The notes below the pieces were generated by a model. The model searched no databases and was not told the origin of the DNA. It saw only the letters and a list, made by a program, of their open reading frames with translations. Made by a program: the position numbers and the translations under genes. This document shows, one piece after another, positions 1 through 10,800 of a DNA stretch of 32,655 nucleotides. The stretch is taken from positions 1-32,655 of the IMG/VR virus record IMGVR_UViG_3300038675_000345, one strand, 5' to 3'. Origin of the DNA: a virus (lineage: Duplodnaviria; Caudoviricetes). Each line of letters begins with the position of its first letter. Position 1 is the stretch's first letter.

Positions 1-1468
1 ATTCAATACCATCATAGGCAGTAATATAGTGTATTACATGTTCTTTACTAGCCTCTAATCCTTCAATTGTTCTAGGAACAGTAAAAGTTATTTGATTTTG
101 TTTATATAGCTGTCCTGTTTCAATATTCCTAATATATATTATTTCTTTAGCATCGGCACTGAGGGTTATTTTGCCACTACCATCAGAAGTCTTTGTTTCT
201 GATGTTGCAGTATGGGAAGAAATAACCCCGTTAGCTATTTTCCAATTACCTAAATATCCAGTTTCAGAAAATAACGTACTTCGTATTATAGCATTACTAA
301 ATTCAGCTAATCCATCATGCTTTATTTTCCAGCCAGACACTTCAGGAATATAATTAGATGTATATATTTCACCTTTAGAGGCTAATACTATATTACCATT
401 AGCAATATAATCATCATTTATTTCCCATCCAGCAATATTACCCATACTAGAATAAAGAGTACCAAATATGGTAACATTATTAAAGTAAGCTGAACCAGAA
501 GAGGCTATCCTCCAACCTACGCCTTCACTCCAACCTTCTTCATTACCAACTTCTCCTACTGTACCCTCTTCAAAGTCAAGAGTTTCAATACCGCCTTCAG
601 GATAAAGTATTATATTAGTACCAGAAAAACTATCTTCATTTATAATCCAACCAGCAATACTAGCTTCATCTTTAGTAAACTTACTTAATACAGTACCAGC
701 ACCATCATAGAAAAACAATCCATTTTTATTAAACGTAGCTAATAGACTCTGTATATAATCTCCGTCTAACCCTAACGATTCTACATTAGCTATATCATAA
801 ATATACATACCATCAGGTGTTAAAAGTACTGATTCTGATTCACTTGTTATAGTAGCACTGCCTTCTATTATTAAGTTACCAACTATCTTATTTGCTGGTA
901 ATTCAGGCACTATTACTGAGAGTACTGAAGAGTGCATAAGCAGATAATATAAAAAGTTAGCTTCATATCCATAAATAAACTTAGAAGTCTCTTCATTAGT
1001 ATCATAAGAGTATTCTATTGAAAGAGCGTTTGGATTAATTATAGCTAGCATAATAACAAAATTAGTACTGTCAGAATTATTTTCAGGTAATACTTCTTTT
1101 AATACTAAAGTTTTTTGGTTAGTATCTACATATATAATAAATGTACGTGAATAATCAAACAATTCTTCATCGTTAAATTTGTTTATTACAAAAGTTTTAG
1201 GTTTCCACTTAACACCATTGTATAAACCACCTTGTATACTAACTAAATAAGTGCTGCCCTGATCCACAACTTCAAAATCTCCAAAATAACCACTAGCAGG
1301 GGTAGTTATAGATGGCCCATCTCCTACAACTGTATTTGGTATCTGCATGGGAGCATTAAATACAGATCCTTGAAGATTGGTAGTTTGCTTAGAAATAGTA
1401 TAGTTTGATATATCTACTTCCTGTTTTATTAACTTTGTAAATAAAGTCAACAAAGAATTATTCTGCAT
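1..1468 (-). CDS. Tail fibre / host-specificity-like protein, partial (runs off window start)
   Basis: Not in the ORF track. ATG at 1468 follows a GAGGGG RBS and the frame is open to the edge (MQNNSLLTFITKLIKQEVD...). It has repeated IAGWxI motifs plus GWRIASSGSAYFNNVTIFGTL and GWKIKHDGLAEFSNAIIRSTL segments typical of tail tip/fibre proteins. Confidence 0.8.
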   Translation of the reverse strand, partial: MQNNSLLTLFTKLIKQEVDISNYTISKQTTNLQGSVFNAPMQIPNTVVGDGPSITTPASGYFGDFEVVDQGSTYLVSIQGGLYNGVKWKPKTFVINKFNDEELFDYSRTFIIYVDTNQKTLVLKEVLPENNSDSTNFVIMLAIINPNALSIEYSYDTNEETSKFIYGYEANFLYYLLMHSSVLSVIVPELPANKIVGNLIIEGSATITSESESVLLTPDGMYIYDIANVESLGLDGDYIQSLLATFNKNGLFFYDGAGTVLSKFTKDEASIAGWIINEDSFSGTNIILYPEGGIETLDFEEGTVGEVGNEEGWSEGVGWRIASSGSAYFNNVTIFGTLYSSMGNIAGWEINDDYIANGNIVLASKGEIYTSNYIPEVSGWKIKHDGLAEFSNAIIRSTLFSETGYLGNWKIANGVISSHTATSETKTSDGSGKITLSADAKEIIYIRNIETGQLYKQNQITFTVPRTIEGLEASKEHVIHYITAYDGIE

Positions 1469-1470
1469 AA

Positions 1471-4400
1471 TTACCCCTCAAAATTATTCTTATTATAGTC
1501 TATAATAAGAATATCGGCTATCTTAGATGGTACTTCTAACGTTGCATTAGATACATACCTGTCTCTATAAGAATTTATAAAAGTAGCTATTGATTGTGAA
1601 TTAAAACTCGTATCGTCAGACGAGGCCATTAGATATGGAGTTATCTTCATTCTATCATTAGTATCACTTTTATTTGGGTTATCAACATAATCAGCAAGAC
1701 TATACATATAAAAAGGATCTATAAAAGCTGTTAAAGACAATCTCTTGCCATTTCCAAGAGTATCAGATATCCACTTCACTACCCCCTCTAAATTACTAAA
1801 AGGATAAATCGTAGCATTAGTAAATGAAGTAGACTCTCTTAGAAGTTTAGAGTAATACACAAAAGTTTTTTTCACGATCTCAGAAAATTGTATTATTCCC
1901 CCAAACCCTCCTAAATTTGTTGAGCCAGCATTTAGAGCTAATCGTAGTACAAACGGATAAGTGCTTTTATATCTAAAAGTAGTCTTGCATAGAGTAGATA
2001 TATTAGATAAAGAATAGGCATCAGTTAAACCATCTCCGGCATTAGGTACGCTGCCTACATCACAATAAGATACCTGATATTGTTTGGTAACTTGCCCGTC
2101 TGTATATTCTAAATAATTCTTTCCAGATTCGTAATCAAAAGTAATATTATTGCTAGACATTACAGGTGGGTAACCATGTAAAATAAATAAAGGAGTCTTA
2201 GGCAATATTTTATAAACAACAGAAGATCCATCATTTACAGCAGCCTTAATAAAAGGAACTAAAACCATAACATTAGAATATGTTAATCTACCTAAATCAG
2301 AATCTATAAAAGGAGTAAAATTCAAAGTATAAGTAGGGTTATCTTCTTCAAGACATAAATACAACCCTGTTTTTACAGATGTAGTTATAGAACTTCTAGA
2401 ACTAGTCATATCTAACCCTGCAATATTAGTTAATGCACCATAAGTAATTAGTTCCCCAGTATCAGAAATATCTAAGCCACCAAGATAATAATTCAAATCT
2501 CTTATAACAGCATCTAAAGAGTAAGTATCGTTTAAAAATCCTTCATTAGCCAAAGAACCGTCATCTAAATATAACCCTTTAAATGGAATCCCATCTTTTC
2601 TGTATACTGGAGATACTGGAATCACTAAAAACCCACCTTCAACTAGACCATATTTATCAGAGCCTACTAATTGATACTCAGCTCTAAATTTAGTGTCTGC
2701 ATCTAATTCATAAGGCACATAATACACATCTCCAAAATCACTGTTAGAAGAATCGAACCAATGAGAAACCCCTGCACCTATATCTGCTTGTATTATGGAT
2801 GAGGAGTATTTCGGGCCTGTATATACTAAATAACCTTTTTTAAACTCCCATTCCACTGTTATAAGAAAACTACTAGAAGTAATCCATGTAGTAGTAACAC
2901 GTATATTAAATACAACACCATTACTAGGCAATCCAGAATAAGTATGGGGGTTAGTTTTTAAAGTCATTAACGCACCGTCTTTACCATAATAACTGTAATT
3001 AAAGTGTATCTGATCCCCGTTCATAGCCCTTATGGTAAAAAAGTTCACATCATTAGCAAAATCCCAAAAATGAGGTACTGAATACCCATAGCCCCGCCTC
3101 AAAGACATGTTTGAAACTAACTTTGAGCTATCTACTATATTAATATACCCATCTACAGAGGTACTGTCTTTAAACTCAAATGTAATTCCTGAAGCTTCTC
3201 CAGCAGAATCACTAAGATTAGATAACACAGCCCCAAAATCTACTATAGTTCTCTCAGTGCGTTGAGAAAGGTCTAAAGTCATAGAGGACTTCTTAAATCG
3301 CTCCATATTTATCGTTCTACCACTAACGTACATTTTACCTGTACCAGTGGTATACGATTCATCCACATCAAGAGTAACAGGTTGATGTATCTGTATTAGA
3401 TTAGAGTAAGGCATACTGATATTTATAGATCCAATATTAAAAGCATACGTAGCAGCTATATTTTTAGCTATATTCTCAGCAGAAGTTGTACTCAGTATCA
3501 GAGGACTCTCAAATACAAAATTCTTATATCCAAAAAGCTGAATAGAATTATCTACTGCTATAGTAGCTCCGTATTGCAAATCCAACCCATAAGGTCTTCC
3601 TAAAACAGAAATGTTGTTTCTAAGACTGGAATCGTCAAAGTCATAGAAAGCCTCGTATGTATTCTTTGAGTTTAATTCATAGTCTATTGCTGGCTCATTA
3701 TAATGTTCAGAAGTAATTCGTAACATACAGTCTTTTGTTATCTCAGAATTAGTGTTATTTCTCTCAAATTCCCAAAAAAAGCCTATTAATTGTGACAGAT
3801 TGTTTAACGTATCCATCATTAGTTGAAATGGAGGTACTTCATTGAAAAACCCATTAGATACCAAACTATCTGTATTAGGATAGTTGTTAGATATTGGAAT
3901 AGTGATACTTTCTATGCTTGTAGGTATAGAAAATAAAGAAACTGTCTTACCACTATAAGTTATTGAATAAGTTGCAGTATCGGAAACCTCAACTCTAGTC
4001 AGAGTCAAACTGCTCAAACTATATGCGGGGAATAAATAACTATAATACATAATAGCTAGTAAATATCCTGCTATACTCCATCCATCAAAGAATGAAATCT
4101 CAGCACCGCTAGTTATTGCAGCCGAAACTCTAGTATCAAATAAGTAAGTACTAGCAGCCTGAGTATTAGCCCAAGTCATAAATGTAGATTCTGGTATTTT
4201 AAGATCGTTCCAACTATTACTGAGTTTATATCCTATATCTATAAAAGTGAAAGTAATTGTACTATCTTTATTTACTTTGTTTATTTCATAATCCGACAAA
4301 TAGCACCAATAATGCTCTTTAGACTTCAAGTTTATTACTTTATCTAACTCTGCTAAAGTACTGGTTTCAGCATAATAAGAATTTAAAGCATCTATTATAT

Positions 4401-4872
4401 CAGCATCGTTCTGATCTACTATGTCCACTCTATATAAGTAATTAGGACTAAGATCTGAAATACTAAAAAATGGTTGCGGTTCTACAGCCTTAGTAGAAGT
4501 AACCCCCTTATTTATAAATACTAACTCATCTATATTATACCCTTTAGGATACAATACCGATAATTCTTTTTCATATAAAGTATTACCCCCCAATGTCTGA
4601 CCATAAGGAAAAGTTATATCTATAGAAAAAGAATTTTTCTCTTCTTCAGATATATTAGCTGATAAAGGTTGCCCAAAAAAAGCAGGAATATTAATAGAGC
4701 CGCTAAGGGTAGAAAAACTTACTTTACGAACAGCCTCAGACCAGTAATAAGTACCCCCATCTATAGTAGTATTAATAAGTATAGTAGCAGGAGAAGGTTG
4801 AGGCGTATTAGTTAGAGTGAATACTCTCAACAAAGAGATATCTTTAGTCAAAGATGCTGTATATTCTGCCAT
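1471..4872 (-). CDS. Large tail tip / baseplate hub-like protein (1133 aa)
   Basis: Directly follows the tape measure gene with a TAATG stop-start overlap. The central segment DNSIQLFGYKNFVFESPLILSTTSAENIAKNI...IQIHQPVTLDV...MYVSGRTINM resembles hub/Tal-type tail proteins. Confidence 0.7.
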   Translation of the reverse strand: MAEYTASLTKDISLLRVFTLTNTPQPSPATILINTTIDGGTYYWSEAVRKVSFSTLSGSINIPAFFGQPLSANISEEEKNSFSIDITFPYGQTLGGNTLYEKELSVLYPKGYNIDELVFINKGVTSTKAVEPQPFFSISDLSPNYLYRVDIVDQNDADIIDALNSYYAETSTLAELDKVINLKSKEHYWCYLSDYEINKVNKDSTITFTFIDIGYKLSNSWNDLKIPESTFMTWANTQAASTYLFDTRVSAAITSGAEISFFDGWSIAGYLLAIMYYSYLFPAYSLSSLTLTRVEVSDTATYSITYSGKTVSLFSIPTSIESITIPISNNYPNTDSLVSNGFFNEVPPFQLMMDTLNNLSQLIGFFWEFERNNTNSEITKDCMLRITSEHYNEPAIDYELNSKNTYEAFYDFDDSSLRNNISVLGRPYGLDLQYGATIAVDNSIQLFGYKNFVFESPLILSTTSAENIAKNIAATYAFNIGSINISMPYSNLIQIHQPVTLDVDESYTTGTGKMYVSGRTINMERFKKSSMTLDLSQRTERTIVDFGAVLSNLSDSAGEASGITFEFKDSTSVDGYINIVDSSKLVSNMSLRRGYGYSVPHFWDFANDVNFFTIRAMNGDQIHFNYSYYGKDGALMTLKTNPHTYSGLPSNGVVFNIRVTTTWITSSSFLITVEWEFKKGYLVYTGPKYSSSIIQADIGAGVSHWFDSSNSDFGDVYYVPYELDADTKFRAEYQLVGSDKYGLVEGGFLVIPVSPVYRKDGIPFKGLYLDDGSLANEGFLNDTYSLDAVIRDLNYYLGGLDISDTGELITYGALTNIAGLDMTSSRSSITTSVKTGLYLCLEEDNPTYTLNFTPFIDSDLGRLTYSNVMVLVPFIKAAVNDGSSVVYKILPKTPLFILHGYPPVMSSNNITFDYESGKNYLEYTDGQVTKQYQVSYCDVGSVPNAGDGLTDAYSLSNISTLCKTTFRYKSTYPFVLRLALNAGSTNLGGFGGIIQFSEIVKKTFVYYSKLLRESTSFTNATIYPFSNLEGVVKWISDTLGNGKRLSLTAFIDPFYMYSLADYVDNPNKSDTNDRMKITPYLMASSDDTSFNSQSIATFINSYRDRYVSNATLEVPSKIADILIIDYNKNNFEG

Positions 4873-7800
4873 TATCTTAACCTCTTATATGCCTTATAGA
4901 CCCCATCTTCAACAGCAGAAGCTACTTCATTAGCGTCCATATTAGCGGCATTAATTGATATGTTTACAGTAAAAGGTTCTTTACTGGTGGGCATATACAT
5001 GGCTGTAGCGATAGGCTCTTCAGACAACTTAGTTGGATTAGCATATCCATATATAAAACCTTCAGGAGCCCCATACACAGTAGCCTTTAACGAATCTAGA
5101 ATATTAGTCAGTGAATCTAAAGCAACGGTGTTCTGTCTAATAGCAATTAACTGTTGCTCAGTTATCTTTTGAGAATCTTTCCAAATCTCTACTAACGCAG
5201 CAAAAGCACCGAATAATGCAGCAATAACTCCTGCCCAACCACCTATGGCACCCAGAGCATTCATTACTGAAGCAACCCCCGTAGTCTCTCCCGCTAATTT
5301 TTGATACTTAATAGCTGTTTCATAACTTGCTATTCCTGCAACTAATGAATCTGCTACAACGCCTACCGATTCTAAGGACTTAACAAATATTTCAGCGTCT
5401 ATACCTAATATCTCAGATGCTGAAGAAATACTACTTGCAATTGACTTGAACGAAGAACCTATAGTAGTTATGGACTCTAAAGCACCTTCCATATACTTCA
5501 ACATTAATTCAGTTTTAGCATCTACATCTTCGCCTAACATTTTTCCTACAAAAGTATATTGTTCTAAAATACCTTTCCAGTCACCAGTTGCCTCATCTAT
5601 ATATTCTTTACCTACAGATATTCCCAACCGTTCTAACCCTGCAGGTTTTAACAGCATTAACATTGAATTCCAGTTTTGTTTTCTTAAATTCTGCAACACT
5701 TCTAAGTCTTCTGCTGTTAAACTGTTGGCAATTTCTTGCAACTGCTGTTCAAATTCTTCTAGTGTTTTAGGTACAGGCATCTCTTTCACACTTAATAGAC
5801 CAGTCTTCATTCCAGCTACTAAGTCTAACTTAGACATTTCTGAAAAACTTTCTCCAGCAACAAGACGCACACTAGACATTAATGCGTCAGCTATTTCGCT
5901 TGTCTTACCAACAATGTCCATTCCAGATAATAATACTTCTAAATTAGTCTTACCAAAATCTATATTAGATACTTTAGTTCTAACAAGATCTTTTATTCGC
6001 TTATCATTAAGTTTTTCCATCTCATATATACTACTTAATAACACTTCACTAAGAGCAGCATCTATTACTTGCTGTGGACTCCATTCTTTTAATAAATCAG
6101 TATTAAATACTATATTTTTACCCATACCATAGCCTTGAACATGTCCTTTTAACCACTCAGGAACTAGGTCTTGCCTATCTGATAATTTAGCTATTATTCC
6201 GGAAGCTAAATTTTGCCATGCAGTTCTAAATAACCCTATATCAAAAATATCAATTACCCATTTCCACTTTTCATCTCCAAAAAGTACTTTAGCTGCAAAC
6301 TTCTTTATTATATCCCATTGATCTGCTACAAGTTTCTCAGCTTGATCTCTAGCACCTTCAGGGATAGCCTTGTATTCATTAAGTAAATTAACTAAGCTTT
6401 GTGGAGTTACGTCTTCAACTACGCTTAATAAATTATCAGAAATAACTTTTTTATTAGGCTCACTTAATTTTGATATAAAACTAATTGTATTTTTAAATAT
6501 AGAATTTATATCTAACTTACCAATAAACTTCTTAAACGCATCTTTATCTTTCAAAAATGCAAAAGAAACATCTATTAAATCACCAATAAAATTAACTGCG
6601 TCTATCATTAAAGACTCTGATAGTTTTACAACTTCTTCATTAGTCAAAAACTCCTTACCTTGTTTTGCAGAAATTGTTTGATTAAGACTTAAAAGTACTA
6701 AAGACAGCTCAGTACCTAAAGCTGCCGATCTTTCTATTATCCATTTTCCAACAACATTTCCTATAAAATTAGAGGTTATATCACTTAAAATATTAGCAAA
6801 ACCAGAAAGTATTGGTAACTTTAGTCCTTTAAATTCTTTTGGTACAAACTCATCTATAATAGATCTAAATATTCTAGAAACATTAGATATAATTCTAGTA
6901 CTAATAACTTTATTCATGTTTTTAACAGCATCCATTTCTAATGATATAAATTTTTTCATAAACTCTTGGTCTTCCATTAAAGAATCTGCTATCTGACCAA
7001 CCCCATAGCCTATAATAGATGTGTTAGGAAGTAACGAAGTTACACTACCTATAGCAGTACCCATTGCCACTTGTCCTACAAAATCTTTAATAAATTTAGG
7101 AATTAACTCGGATAGGCTAGAATCTTTAAGAAGCTCCTCAAAAATATCTACTAATCCTGAAGCATAATCCTCACTACTTTTATAGAGAGCGTTCATCAAA
7201 TTCATGTCTAATCCAGTAGCCGTTCCTTGTATAATAGCCCCTAAACTAAGTCCTGAAGACGCAATAGCTGCCCACTTCTCAGGATTAAATAATCCACCAA
7301 TGAGCGTATCTACTATAAACGCATATAAATTATTACCGATCTCTGCTACTCTAGCAATCGCTTTTGGAATATCCATAGTCAAAATATTGCCTTCAGTCTT
7401 GCCTAATACTTCTCTATAAAAATAAGACTGAAAATCATTAAACTTGGCATAAGCCTCTAAAGTACTTATCAATTCATTATTTATTTTAGAAGCTAAGGTT
7501 TTATCACTTATTTTTTGAAATGCTCCAGTAGCTACGTCTCCTACATATAACTCTTCAGATAACATACCTATCTCTATTAATAATTTAGCATATTCATTAA
7601 CAAAACCAATTAAATCTTCTTTACTACTAAGATCTAAAGTACTCAATTTTCTACTTAAATCAGCAGTTCCAAACTTTGAAGCTAAATTCATATAATTCAT
7701 CATATCGCCCATTATTGATTCTCGACCAAACAATGCACCTAAAATATTTATAAAAGCTTGTGTTTTAGAAGTCACTTCTATAAAACTTTCCATAGATTTA

Positions 7801-10800
7801 AACCCTGAACTAGACAAAGTAGACATTGATATAGATGAATCAAGATTTTTTCTAGCCTCTCTAGCAGCTTTTGCTACTTGAGGTATAATATCAAATATAG
7901 CCTTTAGTTGTTCTGCAGTAATTGTCATGTCTGTTACTATAGATCTCCAATTTACGCCTAAAACAGCTTCAAAAGCACTATGTAAGGACGCATCTCCTAA
8001 ATAAAGTTGCAACGTATCTACTACATCAGTAATAATTTTCATAGTCTCAGCTATACTCTCGTCTGGACTATTACTCAGAAGTACCTGTAACACTTCTCTT
8101 ATTCTTTGTTTTCCTTCAGGACTAAATATATCTATTTCTCCTAATTGCTCTAAAGCTTCTTGCAACCCTTCTAATCCTTCAAGTTTAAACGTAGAACTTA
8201 TAGTTTGAGCCACAAATTCTTTAACTTGCATTTCAGATTCGCCAGCTATTGCTATATATCTATCTATTAAATAATCTGAAAATGTATCTACTGGATCTCT
8301 TATTATCTTTTCATAAATACTACCACTCATAAATACTCCCGTTGAAACATCATAAACAGAAGTACTCAACCCTATGTCTTTAAAGAAATTTTTATCTTTT
8401 GACAATGCAGCAATATTATTTATAACTACTCTATATACGCCCTCTCCAAATGCTTGAGAAAGCATGTGAGAAGCAATAGTCATTGCCCCTTCAGCACCTT
8501 CAAATAAACCTTTCAATATTTCAATATTTTCTTGAGATATTTTATCTCTTAAGGAATCTATATCTCCAGTAAATAAGCTTACCCAAAAATCTTTAGAAGC
8601 TAATAATTTAGTATCAAAATTTTCAGATTTTAATATAGCTTTTACAGTAGACAGCTCTTGTATGCCTCTAGCCGTAGGTAGCATAAACGAATCCATTACC
8701 TGTAGTACTTCATACACTTCCTTACTTATCTTGTTAGCAAGCAAATCCATATCATTTTGAATATCTACTAACAACTTATAAAAACCAGAAATTTGATCTA
8801 AATCCCCTACTTCAGCATATTGATATAACTGTTCTAATATTATAGATAATGCTTCAATTGCACTCTTTCTAGTTGCGTCTTCGTCTGAAACTACACCTTT
8901 TTTAATATCATCTATTATTTGAGAAAATCCAATATCAGCAGTCAACTCTTTTCCAGTAGAAGCTTCGTATGCCGTTCGTACAGACTCTTCCTGTCTAATT
9001 AAATCTACTATTTGAGAGCTGGTAACTTCAAACTCATCTATTACATTAGCAAAATAAGTTATAAATAATTTGTTTAAATTACCATATAATTCCATCCTGC
9101 CCTTAGTTGAAAGATAATTAGCCTCTAGTTGCTTTTCCATTTGTGCTAAGAATGCAGTAGGATCTTTAGTAAAAAGATCTTTATTAGACAAATTAGCTAT
9201 TTGTCTGTCATATTCTTTTTTTAACGTATCGTACCCAAAAGATCTACCTAAAGCTTCAATTTTAAATATATAAGGAACTAATTTATTAATATCTATTTCT
9301 TCTAAAGTTATTATAATATTATCCAACTCTTCTACAAAAGAAGATAATATTGTGTCACTAGCACTAACTCCTGCATCAATAAATTGCTCTATAATTGATT
9401 GTGCCATTGAAGCGTATCCGGGCGAATATCCATCTTTCAATGCTAAATCCGTAAATTTTTGATATAACTCATCATAAGTCATCCCATCTAAAAATTTCTG
9501 TAAATCTTCAAAAGATTGAGCTTCTTCATCTAATAACAATAAAATATTTACTAAATTTCTAGTAAATACAGCTTGAACAGCATCTCCAAGCGAAGTATAC
9601 ACTCTTTTATCAGTAATTATTTTTCTATTTTCCTTTAAAGCAAATGGCAATAAATCTGCTATAATAGATTTAATATCTGGTTTTATAACACCCTGACTTA
9701 CAAGACCTTCAATAATATCTTCACGATATTTCTCCCTAATTATTGTTGTTATTTCTTGAGCTGTTAACGATGCTTTTCCCAGCTGTACGGGCAAAGCCCC
9801 TCCAAAACTAGGAAGTGCTACTAGCCCTGTAGCAGCAACTAGTTTAGCTGCTGCAGGCGCTATTGGTGCTGCCGCCCCAGCAGTGGCCGTTACTGCTGCT
9901 GCTACTGCGGCAGCGACTCCCACACCTACCATAGTTAACACTACTGTTTTTAACACGCTAGCAGTATTATTCCCTGCTGCTTTTAAATTTTCCGCAGCAC
10001 TGTTAATACTAGATACCATAGACCGCCTAGAAATATCTTGCATAGCTAATATAGTATCTAATTGGTATGCAGGTGTTTTAGTTTCTTCTTTTTCACCAGA
10101 CGAACTTAAAATACCTAAAATACCTAACGCACCCATAACTAAACCAATAGATTTTAATATTATAGACCTTACACCAGAACTAGCAACACTTTTAATTGCC
10201 TCATAACCCTTTGCAGCCGTCTGCCCTATACCCTGATTTACAGAAGACGTATATATATTAACTACTCCTGCCTGTATATTAACTACTCCTGCTTTTAAGG
10301 ATTTACTCAAACTATCAAGTATAACTTTCCCAGTAGCAGTAGCTGCTGCTCTAGCTCTAAAAAAGCTAAAAGCTGTAGCCAAAGAAAGTGCTATCACGGC
10401 TTTTACTGCAGCTTGCATGACTGGAGAAAGTTTATTTAAAAACTTACTATCGAAAATAACATCAATAAACTCTACCACTGCAAAGAATTTTATAAAATCA
10501 CCAGCGAATGTTAATCCTCGCCCTAAACCACCCAGACTCTGACCCTGAGCTGCTAACATTGCAGGTAAATTATTAAAACTCATTAATAGTGTTTTAAAAG
10601 CCTCTTTAGTTATATTAAACCCTGCGATACTTAACATTATAGGATAATTAACTATTGCAGTTTTTATACCTTCAATCAAGAAATTACCAAACATTAACCC
10701 AACACTTTGAATAAACTGTTTATTAAGAATAGCCTGCCCTAAACTGTTTCTAGAAACTACACCTAAAGTTTCAAAAACAGAAATAAATAAATCTTTCAAC

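Noticed and set aside
171-353. 60-aa plus-strand ORF
   Set aside because: Lies antisense inside the partial tail fibre gene 1-1468.
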